Assembly: GCA_009103225.1 (NCBI GenBank)
Contig: RHPI01001168.1
Coordinates: forward strand, 16,222-80,221
Direction: 5' to 3'
DNA length: 64,000 bases
Source of the DNA: Chlorokybus atmophyticus
Taxonomy: Eukaryota; Plantae; Mesostigma and Chlorokybus algae
Positions within the stretch are counted from its first letter, which is position 1; the number at the start of each line of letters is the position of its first letter. The notes below the pieces were generated by a model. That model worked only from the letters and a program-made list of their open reading frames with translations. It ran no database searches and was not told the origin of the DNA. A program made the translations under genes and the position numbers. Positions 33,318 to 45,929 of the stretch are shown in pieces.

Positions 33318-35188
33318 ATGTCGTTGGTGAGTGGTGCGTACGGCTCGGACGGCGAGGAGGAGCAGCATGACGAGGAGGAGGACCTGTGGAAGGACGACAA
33401 GCCGCTGGAGGTCAGGCCGCTTCCGCCCCGCGAGGTACAGTGAATCATCATATTGCAGTTGAAGTGTCATTGCAGTTGCTGCTACTAACACATAAGTTGT
33501 CTCGCAAAGCAGTCAACCAAGTTTGTGAGTTGCTCTGTATGCATGTCGTGAGTAGGCAAGACAATGCGAAAGACTTGAACGCCGACGCAGCTCCGTGCTT
33601 GAACAATGTCGCGCTTGCTAAAGTGCGTATTGGCATATTTGCGAAGGCGGTACTCGCTGCGCACGTACAGTGTCGGCCCTGTGTGTGTGTGTGGTAGGGG
33701 GGGGGGGGGGGGGGGGGGGGNNNNNNNNNNNNNNNNNNNNNNNNNNNNNNNNNNNNNNNNNNNNNNNNNNNNNNNNNNNNNNNNNNNNNNNNNNNNNNNN
33801 NNNNNNNNNNNNNNNNNNNNNNNNNNNNNNNNNNNNNNNNNNNNNNNNNNNNNNNNNNNNNNNNNNNNNNNNNNNNNNNNNNNNNNNNNNNNNNNNNNNN
33901 NNNNNNNNNNNNNNNNNNNNNNNNNNNNNNNNNNNNNNNNNNNNGGGGATATGCATGTGCCTCCAATGTATTTCCCCCACTGTGGCCTAGCGCGCTGAGT
34001 TGCACATTCAATGCACATGCTGCGATTCAGTTCAAGATTGCCATTGCTTGCAGGTCGTTCATACGCACTTGTTATTTATTGATTGTTGGTGTTGTGTCGT
34101 ACGTGCTGCTTTGGTTGTGTACCATGTGGTTAACAAAAATTGAGCTAGAACCTCAAGGACACGTGTGTTCAATCGTTTCTGCTTCATTCCACACCAGGAC
34201 AGCGAATCAGATGATGAACGCGACCATGAAGAGGATGCTGAACGTGCAGCATACCAACGTGATAAGCCAAAGCCTTCACTATTACCACCTCCCGATGAGG
34301 TTTTTGCACAGGTGCGCACTGCACTTGCATCACAAGAGGAGCTCTCACTGTGCAATACACATGCATGCATGCACACACAGATATACCTGCACACTCACAC
34401 ACATGGGCATAAATACTTTCTGGCGCACATGCTGTGCGCATACACACGAGAGCACAGGCAAGTACCCACGATGTCCAGAAGTACATTCACACTAACATCC
34501 CAACACCCACAACATAGCTTGGTATTGCATGCATTGGTTTGTTGTGTCTGTTGCAGCCGAGTTCTGCGTCTTCATAAGCTGTGCAGATTTTTGCGCGCAG
34601 GTGACCGGTCCGCCGTCCTTTCTCGACCCGCCCGCAACGCGCAAGCTCGCGGACGTGGCCGGTAGGCCCCTCCCGCCATCTGCCATTGCAGCTGCTGAGA
34701 ATGCCTATTCCAAAGCCGAAAGCAATGCGCGCAAGCGGGCCAATCCAGGCATGTTGTTGTTTTGTGCCTTGTGACAGAGTTGCAAGTTTCTTGAAGCTGA
34801 TCTGTTATCAAGTAGTAGTACCTAACCATACGTTTGGCAGTTGCTGTTGTTCAGGCAAAAGCTAAGTTGAGGACGTTTGCTGTCGATGATGACATTGATG
34901 GACCCAATGTTCCACTCCCTGCAGCTCTTGCTGCAAAGATTGTGGAAAAGTATGCGCTTACCTCACAACATAAACAATGTGTATTAATGCACTGCTGTGA
35001 TGCAGTGACTGAAGATTGGCAGTATGCACGTTTGCAGGCAGTTAGAAGGCGCGGTGTATGGCAATAAACCGAAGGAAGATAAAGGCACGGTCAAAGACAA
35101 GGAGAAGGTCAAGCGCATGAAAGGGCAATCGTCCATTGCCACTTGGAAGACTGAAGAGGAGATGCGACTGCGTCAGCAGTTTGACTAA
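33318..35188 (+). CDS. Small conserved eukaryotic protein resembling C1orf52/UPF0690
   Basis: MSLVSGAYGSDGEEE..., LLPPPDEVFAQ|VTGPPSFLDP, and C-terminus KEKVKRMKGQSSIATWKTEEEMRLRQQFD*. The gene spans an assembly gap. Confidence 0.7.
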
Positions 35189-37037
35189 TTGCAGCATGCG
35201 TTCACCAATTGATCTTTATGGTCACAGTTTTGCTGAAGTTTGGTCTGCTAGCAATGCATGGCGGCGCGATCGCCTCCACTTGGTCTTGTGTGACTAACTT
35301 TCTGGTGTTGCGCGCACACACTTGCAATCAATGAAAATGGCGCTCCATGAACACACACTATGCATGAGCAATGACGTAGCACAGTGTGTACAGCAATTGA
35401 CAAAGTACAACGCCAATAACCGCGTACCTATTAGCAGTGCTGTGGTTGCCTGTTCTGCTAAATGTTGCGTGATGAATCTCATCATAACATATGTCCCCAC
35501 ACCCCCGGGCCTTCTTCTCCTCCTGCGCTCAGCTGTAGTTCAGTGGTTCAAGTTATGTGTAGTAGTTTCGTGTGTAGAGAGTGCCACTCTAGGCTCTTAA
35601 GCCTCGCTTGCTTTATGCATCCAATTATTGAGTGCATTGCATGCATGTGCATCTCTGAGCGGTACATGAAGGCCGAACTTGCTATTTTTGCCTGCATGCT
35701 CTACCGGGTGTTGATTTGGGTTTGTATATGTTCTAATGCGATACCGACGTACATTCTGTACAAGGGTGATATCACAACAAACCAGGACACATCGGTGTGT
35801 AGCCCGGCTGCTTTTCCCTTTTAGGTGGTTCAATGCTAACGCTACTGCAGAGAGAAGAGAGAGCAGAAACAGTACACAAACTTCTAAGCACCGATATCCA
35901 TCTCATCGCCAGAATTATCGTCCGCCTGCTAACGTGGCAGCCAGATGCGAATCAGCGTTAGTATATACGGATAGAGCCAGCTGAATATCCTCAGCTCCAC
36001 TACGTTGCGCCGTGGCTAGCGTCGCCACGTTATCGCCGTCGACGTCGGTGGCGGCGGAGGCGGAGGCGGTGGTATACTCTGCTGGGCTGCTATTCCCCTG
36101 CTTGGCTCTGCCCTGACAGTGTGCGAGTGTGGGGCATTGACGCTGCCATAGCTGCTTGAGGACTGGACTGGACTGGACACTTGTAAAGCACACAAGACTG
36201 CCTCCCTTGCCATCATGGGGGCGTTACTCCTGGCTCAGGAGGCGGCTTCCAGGCTTTGCGACGCCGCCACAGACAGGTGCTTGATGATGCAATGAGCGTG
36301 CATGTTGCTCTGAGCTTTGTTCGGTGTGCTTCTCTTCACAGTGACAGACACTGTCGCATGGAAGCTGCGAGTGCGGCATTTGTGCATGTGCGTGTGAAAG
36401 CTACCATCTAACACGGAATGAGAAGCCACTTGGGTTGTTTCTTTGTATGTACGACAGCGTGCTGGGCGCTTCAGGCCAGCGAGGCAGTGCGCAGTGTCAT
36501 TGCATAGGGGAAACCATATGCAAAGCAGAGCAGTCGGTTGAGCTCCGCAGCAGACTGGGTGTTGCATGTCAGGTTCATACTTGAACACGCCTATTATTGA
36601 ACAAGGTCTTCGTGTATATAAGCTTGTGCTTTCATACTCATAGTCATTCAGCGGTTGCGTGGTTTGTTGTAATGGTCTGAGCAGGACTTGCTCACAACAC
36701 TGTAGTTGTCAACTGAATGGCTTGAGCCAACGCACTAACAATCATCTATGACAGCTACAGTACTGATCTTGCGAGTGTCCTGGTCGTTGTTCACAACATT
36801 TCTGTGTGCTATGTGCAAACAAAGACAATGCTTACTATTCATCCATCGCCACCAAACAGACACCATACGCTGCATGTGACTTCAGGTCATAGTGTGCATG
36901 GCGGTACATCAGTATGCAGTGTTGTGGTGCAGCAACTTGCAATCGCAAGACAGCTGACTTCAGTTCTTTAACCACAAGTCAAGTCACGAGACCAAAGTAA
37001 CGACGCATCCTTATGTAGGCCCACTCTATCTGGAGCC

Positions 37038-40000
37038 ATGAAGGTCCCATCGCACCCAAACAGAACTTACTTATCATTGCGGAGAACGGCGAGGCAACCT
37101 TGCGTCGCATCCTTTCAACCACAACATCAGCCAGACTCGCATCAGGTGAAGCGCAAGCCTGCCCCAGCGGTGTCGCCCAAATTGCAGCAAGCTCCCACAT
37201 CCGCTTCTGTACTCAAGCTGCAGGGGAATAGGGTGGAAGTGGTGGAAACATCTGGCCAACTCAAGCGCGTGTGAGTGTGGGGATTGTGTGCTTGTGATCG
37301 ATAACACCTGCTTGGTGGGCTGTTGTGCATGTGAGTGTAACAACCATCCCTTTCAATACTCTGGCCTGCTGGTTTGTATGTCATGCCTTTCGCATGGGGG
37401 CTTTGCCAGCGCATGTTAGCACTGGTGATGCACAGTGCCTTGTGCACACATACGCACATGCGGACCCATATGCACATGCGTGCACGCGCACAGGCAGGCA
37501 TGTACGTACTTGCGTGTTTGTTGACGTTTGGCTCACCCTGCAGGTATGTCGTTGATGATGACAGCAAGGGCGAGCTGCGCTGCCTCGAGAACACCCGGCA
37601 GGACGGCGCCGCGGCCGGCCCGGCATCTACCTTGCAGAAGCTGCGCGGGAACGTGCGCAACTTTTTCTTGCCGGCAGGCTTCCCGCAGACTGTCACGCCA
37701 GACTATGTCCCGTACTTGGTGAGTTGTGTCGCTTGCAACGTACTGTGCGCTCGTGTTGGAGTCAGCTCGCCACATTCTGCCCAGAGTGCATCTGATAAGT
37801 CAGTTGCCTGTGGAGAGAAAGCTGTTTGAGGTTGAGGCAGGCACTGAGCAAGCTAGCTAGCTGGCTATGTCTGTGCTTTAGGTGCTTAACATCAGCCACA
37901 CGACATGCACTGCGCAGTCAGTCCGCTCGTGTACTGCAACCTCCCTGCAACACCTACAACCGCACCACACACACGCAAGCACGCGCACGCACACACCTTC
38001 AACACCTGCTTCTTTGCAGTTATGGTCTTTCCCGACGCACGTGACTGGTTGGGCCGCGAGCGTCCTCGTGACGTCCAGCATGCTGCGCGCCGTGGGGATC
38101 GGCGCCTCGGGGGCAGGAAGCGGCGCAGCTGCAGCAGCTATCAAGTGGGTCACGAAGGACGGACTCGGAGCACTTGGACGCCTTTTCGTTGGTATGTTAG
38201 AGTGTGTTTATACCAACATTGTACCAACACGTGTACGTGGACCGCATCACTAAGAGAATCACACTGGAGTACTATTCCCCAGCTTGTGTGAATAGACAAC
38301 ACGTCTTTACACTCAATTCACAGTGCAGACTATTTTGGTGGAGAATAGTGATAGCATGTGCATTTGTTAGAAATGATGTACTGAACATTGACCTACCACG
38401 CATGCGTTTGTTCAGTAGTGTATGTCTCTCTCAGGTGGGCGATTTGGTTCCAGCTTTGATGAGGACCCGAAGAGATGGCGGATGTATGCCGAGTTCATTG
38501 CCTTCTTTGGCAAGTAAGCTGGTGTTACAGGCTTGATATCTGGATTGCTACGCGCTTTCCCTTGCTTCATACATGCAGAAACATGTGATTGCAAGGATAT
38601 GTCTGTCACTAATTGTTGGGTTTCATCTGAAACAGTGGGCCTGAGGTCTTCATGTGCTGCACGTAAACTCTCGTGCAGCGCATGCAGCCTTCTCTCGCTG
38701 TGCGAGTCGATAGACACTAATACTTAGTTGCAATATTTTTCTCGGCGCAGCGTGTTGGAGTTGGCAACACCGTTGGCGCCAACAAAGTTCCTGCTGCTGG
38801 CGTCCACGGGGAACCTCGCCAAGGCGGTGGCCAAGGGACTGGCCCACCCTTCGCACAGAGTGATACAGTACCACTTTGCCGTCAACAACAACGTGGGAGA
38901 CATCGCTGCCAAGGTGTGCCCATATTGAGATGTTGTTGCTTGTGCACGCATGTTCGTGTGCGTATGTGTGAGAGGGTGCACATCAGAATGTGCGTGCATA
39001 TGTCTGCTCACGCTTATATATGCGAGCGCGTGCTTGTGCACTGGTTTGCACACGCGCGGACATGAGTGCACGTGCGTGTGCGTGCCATGTGTTGACAACC
39101 TTCTTGCTGTGCATCAGGAAGAGGTTTGGGAGGTCATGGCAGAGCTTGTGGGCCTTCTCTGCGGCGTGTTGATGCTCAACAACATCAACGGACCCAACGC
39201 TTACGCCGAAGTAGCGCTGGCATGGACCGCCACCACGCTCGTGCACTCTGCGCTGCGGTACCAGGCTTTGTCGGTGGTGAAGTTTGAATCGGTACGCTCC
39301 AATGTTGCATTTACTAACACGCTCAAGTTCTGTCTTTCTAAGACGCAAGTTGATTCGTGTCGTGTTGCGATGAAATGCAGTTCAACCTCAAGCGGACTAC
39401 AGTGTTGTTGCGGGCGCATGTGGCTGGAGAGCGGTTGAAAACGCCCCAGGCTACCACTGACAGGTACAAACTTGAGGCCTATTGCAGGCCATGCACAAAT
39501 TGCTGGTGTTGCGAGTGAGCGCGTGGGCGTGCGTCTGTGCATGTAGGTGTACATGAACATGGTTATAATTTCCGTATGCGTACTTTTGACTCATAGTCAA
39601 CACAATGCCTGTAGCGTCAAAGCCAAGGAGGTCTCTCTCTGCCTGTTGCAGGGATAGCATCCTTCTGCCTCCCAGTCTGGTGCGCCCGCGAGTGCAACTC
39701 GGCTGCACGCTGAGCGAGCTCGTGAGTTCCCAGCGAGGCGCCGACTTGCATTCTTTGCTCCAATTGTATGAAGAAGAGAACTACCTCTTGTCCTGGAGAG
39801 ACGGCGTGGCGCATGTCGCTCTGAAGGTAAGTCTTTTCAGTTGCTGGAATGTTGGGTTGCAGTCTGATTGAAGTGGACATGACTGGTTCTGTGTGTACTC
39901 CACCAGGAAAGCGCGGACGACACAGACGTCTTGCGAGCGATGTGGCAGGCGTCATGGTTGGACAAGCACGCCCCTTATGACGACATCAACCTCCCCCTCC

Positions 40001-40215
40001 CGCTGCCGCTCGTAACAACAGTTGCACAAAACAACCACGACAACAGCGAGCGCAGAGAGCAGCTCGCGGCCAGTCTGCGGGAGATGCAGCGACAGTTTAG
40101 CAAATTCATGGCGGAAGCCAGTGCGGCGGGGTGGGACACTTCGAGAGTGTTGTTCAAGCCAGCGGACGTGAGGATCGAGGTTAGAGAACAACAACAACAT
40201 CGGTCGCTCCATTGA
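37038..40215 (+). CDS. Root UVB sensitive (RUS / DUF647) family protein, possibly with a transit peptide
   Basis: FFLPAGFPQTVTPDYVPYL, AAIKWVTKDGLGALGRL, FDEDPKRWRMYAE, LLLASTGNLAKAVA, HFAVNNNVGDIAAKEEVWEV. Confidence 0.92.
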
Positions 40216-41565
40216 TGACATGAGTGAGAAGTAACATTCGTGTTGTTTGAGATGGGCGCGCTTGTGATACCCGCTGACAAGATAGCGTGTAGGGGCTGCA
40301 GTTCAGTGACTGACTTAGCTGTGGATGGGAGTGTAGTTGTGGTTGTAATAACCCACACAGTAGAGGGGTAGTATGCCGTTGCAAATAGTTTTATTCTCAG
40401 TGCTCTGCATAACCTTGGAGTTGTGGAGGTCTTGTGTATGTAGGGTATTGCACAATTGCGCGTGCACAGACCTCCGTTCCTCGCATGATGCACGTCCATG
40501 CGTATACAGTATCTGTGCAACCCTGTGTGTGTTTAGGTCTTTCGCAGCTGCAGCCTGCCACTAGACATACTTGATGTCATCACTTTGTACAAACAATGTG
40601 TGTGATCAGTGCACAGCGAACTGTTTCTACAGTGCCAATATGAATCTGCAGTATCAGTGACAACTTCAACGGTAAAGGTAATGCCTGAACCAGGGCATCC
40701 GATCATTAATTGTACATGGTTGAAACTCAGTGGGTGTGCTGCATCCTGTTTGCTTACTGTGTGGCTTGCAGCTGCGGCATCGCGCCTGGTAGTGTGTTGC
40801 AGTACTATCACCGGCTCGTGGCGTGCATAGCAACATAAAACGCAGCGCACGACCAATGCACATACACATACAAGAAGGCTGGCCTCAGCAAAAATATGCA
40901 CAACATGAAGACGAGATGGTGTTCCATTTTACACGTACTACAGGGGTTCCAGAGCAATTCAACTTCGACTTCAACGTGTATGCAGGTGTACCACCCCCCC
41001 NNNNNNNNNNNNNNNNNNNNNNNNNNNNNNNNNNNNNNNNNNNNNNNNNNNNNNNNNNNNNNNNNNNNNNNNNNNNNNNNNNNNNNNNNNNNNNNNNNNN
41101 NNNNNNNNNNNNNNNNNNNNNNNNNNNNNNNNNNNNNNNNNNNNNNNNNNNNNNNNNNNNCCCCCCCCCCCCCCCCCCCCCCCCATGTACAGGCCTGACT
41201 GATGCCACACAGGACAGGTCGCCGTATGGAAACATTACACCAGTCACATCAGCACCATTGTATCGAGTCGCCAACTCACAACCTGTACTAAACAGGCACA
41301 CACAAATACCAAGACAGGTGTCTCCTCAGCCTGCCCTCGGCCACTCCAACAAGAAAACACGGCAGTAACCAGCTTTCTCGTGCACTCTGCCTGTGTGCTC
41401 AAGTTGTTCTACCTTGAGGCTGTTTACTCTCTCTTCTGAGCTCGGTGACTCTCTCTGACTCTCTCTCAGCTGTGCCAGGTAAGAAGCAAGCACAGCAAGG
41501 GGTGGGGTGGTAGCCTTTGTTTGGGTTGGGAGAAGAGTGGAGGCAGGGGAAGTGGAGTGTGAGCC

Positions 41566-44500
41566 ATGGAGGAGAAGACCGCTGCTGGTGCTGAGGCTGT
41601 GGCAAGCGTGATGGCTAGTGAGAGCGACGGTGGTGCTGCTCTCAATGCAGTGAAGTTGGACGACGACAATAACAAGGACATCATTAGCAGCAGCGACAAC
41701 AACCTCAACGACACTGGTAACAACATCACCAGCAGCAATGAGCCCAAGAACAACAACAGCAACAGCAGAATCGTTGTTCGCGCTGAGTCTGTGCCCCCAA
41801 GAGGACGGTGAGACTGGCGCCAACATTCACTCGCACACACACACGCATTCACGCAGCCATGTCTCTTGGTTGCTCACATAGCACACACAAGTACACTTTC
41901 ATGCCTCAGGCTCCACGTAAGCGAGTCAGATGGCCCCAACCATTCCCGTTCCGGCCAGATGGTTCCTCTGGCGTTGTTACCACCCCTAACACCTAGCACA
42001 CGCAACCCCGACTCCAACTCCCGCAAGCTCATGGAGACCAGAAGACCCAACCCATCGACCACCCTCGAGCGCGCCGTCAAGTGGACCTTTGACACCGCCA
42101 AGTGAGTGGGGAACCTGTTTTGGCACTGTGGTGTGTGGATTGGTTGTAATGAGAGCGTGTTTTGTGCAGCAATGTATGGCTCAAAGAGAACGTGCGTGTG
42201 GTGCTCGACGAGGGCAGACTCCTGTCCGAAGGCAGCATGCGCAAAGGTGACGAGTTGCTTACCTTACCATCCACAACAACAGAAGCATCACTCACATGTG
42301 TCTCCTCGGCTTCTGGTCTGCAGTGTACAGACTGTATGAACTGGAACAAGATGACGCCCATCAAGACAGTTCTCCCAAGTTCAGCAGCGTGACAGTCTAC
42401 GCTGCCAAGTTCATCAAGGCGTCCCTAGGGAGACGCTCAGGGAGCCCAGCGGCATACTTCTCTGGTAAATATGCCACTAGTGTTGACTGGCCACAAACCG
42501 AAAAGAGCATACTTACACATACATGTGCGCATGTACCTGTGACCTGTATGCACACCTGTTTCGCATGCGCGTGCGCACACTTGAGCACACATATGTACGC
42601 ATGCACGCGCAGATCACGCAGGCATGCATACATACATTTGCGCAAACTCCTGCACCCACACATGCACACAGATACTCACACTCACAACTTCACCTTGTTC
42701 TGTGTGGTAGATGCGCGCATGCAGTCTGTTGCCGAGTCCTTTGCGCAGGAGTTCAACAGGACCGGCGCGTGCGCGGAGAAGATCGCCTTCGTACCAACTC
42801 AAGTACACTCATCAACCTCACTGAGACACAATGCCACTCACACACTCAGTCCGTGAATTGCACATACACCAACCACTTGTTGTGTCTGCAGGTCCTGCAG
42901 CTGGTGGAGCGGCCTGGAGCCGCGTTGTGCAACATCGAACCACTGCTGGATGGTCGATACAGGTAAGAATGTGTATGTGTGTGTGTGTGTGCGCGCGCGC
43001 GTGTGTGCGTGCGCGTGCGTGTTGGGTGAGAGTGTTGTTGCTTCGTGAGCGGACTAAAGCCCAATGTTTTCTTTTGTGTGTTACAGGAAGTACAACGACA
43101 ACGATGGTGGTCAGTATGATGGCGCAGAGGTAGCGCAAGCGTTCAGCCACTTCACATATGAGCATTCGCGCCACACTCTCCTGATCTGTGACATCCAAGG
43201 CAAGGCTGGGATATGTATAACACATCAGCATTCTGTGTTACTTTTTGATACCAACCAGACTTCACACGCGATGTTCACACTCTACACACCACCCTGTACG
43301 TGTCGTCATCATGAGCCATGCTGTTGGTAGGCGTGGGGAGCTATTACACGGACCCGCAGATCCACAGCGTGAAAGACTCGTCCTCTGCATACGGCCTCGG
43401 CAACTTTGGCGCTCGGGTATGTGTGTGGGTTCTTGACGCTACAAACCGCTGGGGTGTATGCTGCGGTGATACGCTACCATGTGTTTCTTGTTCTTGTTCT
43501 TGTTCCATTGCTCAGGGCATTGCGAGGTTTTTCGCTACGCACCGATGCTCGTCCCTCTGCCGTGCCATGGGCCTCCCCACCACCTCCACCCTTACTTCAA
43601 CCCGCTCAGTGAGTCTGACTACCAACCAACCTCCCAGAAAACAATATGGAGGTGAGACCAGCTCGCGCAAACAGACATGCATACGCGCACACATGCATAT
43701 GCACATGCGGGCGCACATGAATGCCCTTGAACTTTGCTTTCAAGCACACGCTGCTACGCATGCATACTTGCACAAGCGCACACATGTGCTCCTGTACGTG
43801 TACGTGCGCGCGCGCGCGCGCGTGCGTGCGTGCGCAGGCACGGGCATGCATCCACGCACACGCACACACGTGTATATACAGAGACTCTCACACACGCATC
43901 CCTTCACACCCATCCACCCTCATCCCCACACCTTGTTCGTCCCAGGCTATCAAGTCCCGAAAGACCAGCGTCACCAGCAGTCCCTCGAGCGTGCTCTTCG
44001 TGAGCGTTGCGCCGCGCCGGTGTGGGACCCCGCGCATCGGACGGCGCAGAGGAGACTCGCTCAGGGGGAAGGGTACATACGCCTGGCGGCGGACATGATA
44101 GGGGACAGGAAGCTATACGCACGTGAGAGAGATGTTGTGGTCCCTTGTGACACACGTTTGCGTGCACGCTCGCAAATACACGACCACTCACAGACGCGCA
44201 CTCTCACACACGCACACGCACACGCACAGTCACAGTCACAGTCCCGCACTTTCACACGCACGCGCGCACACACATACACACACACACTCACACGCTATCT
44301 CACAGCGGCGGACAAAGAGGGAGAGGAGCGTTTGCCGCCGCGCGCGTGGCTGCCGCCGCAGGGAGAGTGCCTGCGTCTCCGCAAGGCCGTCACAGACGAC
44401 AAGGACAAGAAGGTGGGTGTTGTGTTAGTGTGGTGTTGGTTGGTTGAGGGATTCTGACCTTTTTGCAATAAGGTGCCGGACACGTGTTGGATCCCATCGA

Positions 44501-44577
44501 CGGCGCTGTTCGACAAGTGGGTGCATGCAGGCGGGGAGCTCTTCAGCGACAAGCACAACTGGAGGATGGTGCTCTGA
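41566..44577 (+). CDS. Alpha-kinase (eEF2K/MHCK-type atypical protein kinase); start uncertain
   Basis: EGSMRKVY, YAAKF, YFSDARMQ, IEPLLDGRYRKYNDN, AQAFSHFTYEHS, LICDIQGVG..YTDPQIH, GLGNFG and FFATHRCSSLC (zinc site). Confidence 0.92.
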
Positions 44578-45037
44578 TTTGAACCAATGTTGGTGTGTCA
44601 AGTGTGGTGTGGTTAGTTGGTGACACATGTTGGCTGCTGTTGTTGTTTGCGCGCCGGTTTATCCAACTTCTTAGGCGTGTCACGTACTAATTTCTCGCTG
44701 TTGTGCTAGCGCTTGCATATCCGCGCATGTGCAAGTGGCTTTGCGTCGTAAAGCATGTCTGCAGCGGCTGTGGTATAAGTTGTGTACATGCATCTGCTTG
44801 TGTCATTGCCACTACTATACATGCATCAATGTTTGTATCCATGTATGTGTGCATGCATATACGCAACGTGGTAACCATTGCCATGCGCATGCGTGAAAAG
44901 TCATGTCCGTGTTGCACCTACAGCATTTCTCAGAAATACCACTGTCTCAACGAACAGGTGTGCACAAGGCAGTTGCCAATAATTTGTGGTAAGTTCTGCG
45001 TAGTGCATGGACGCTGCACTTGTGTGTGTATCAGCAC

Positions 45038-45039
<2 letters not shown>

Positions 45040-45074
<35 letters not shown>
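45040..45074. repeat. (GA)n microsatellite
   Basis: Direct read. Confidence 0.9.
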
Positions 45075-45078
<4 letters not shown>

Positions 45079-45929
45079 GAATGACTGAGAACACAACCTC
45101 ACAATGCACTCGGCCAGCCCGGGTGTTGCTATGGCACAGCAACATCAGACCACATCATTGATTGCACCCGGAGATAATTGGTTGCATGCTAAGTGTGCAA
45201 CAATGTGTCAACATAGATGTCACCCTCACATGGGTTCTCACATTTCAACTTGTTTGAAGTATCTGCTTGTTCATTTCAGATCCCCTTGCAAACTTCTCCC
45301 CTGGTATGGGTACTAAGCAGCATGAGAAGTCAACAGGCTGTGCAACTGGAGCAGGTGTTTCGTCAACCCTCATAAGGAGAGTGACATACATGATGCCATT
45401 CATGGATTGCAACAAAGTTATACTAATACCAATACAACCACATACGCCGATGGCCACGGTTCAAATGTAGGAGAAAGTGACAAATCGACACGGTGACTGA
45501 CAGAAGGACGATGCATCACTTGCAAGCCTAAACACAATCAATGGACACAGACCCATTAGCCACACAAACCCAACATGTACAGCACTCTCACAATGCATGC
45601 ACTTGAACCTGCAAAAACCTACCAAACTTATCTTCGCCAATTTAACTCAACTTGCGAATACGACACTTACCAATACCAACAATAGATCATTAAACCTCGC
45701 GGTTGATGTTTGCCAATGAAAGCATAGGGCGTGTCAAGAATTAGCTCGCGTTTGGCTTGCCTGCCAAATAGCGCACGATGAGAGAGTATGTGTGCAATAG
45801 CGCACGATCCGATAGCACTGCATGTATAGCAAAGCATCGACGCATGATCTTTTTGCCACACATATTTATGTTTATTGTTGGGGGCTTCATCAATCAAAGT
45901 AAGCTCGCAACTCGCCTATGCCTAAGCGC

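Noticed and set aside
40860-41368. Coding-like segments flanking the 41-kb gap as extra alpha-kinase exons
   Set aside because: Interrupted by a gap and ending in a stop before the kinase ATG; cannot be linked.
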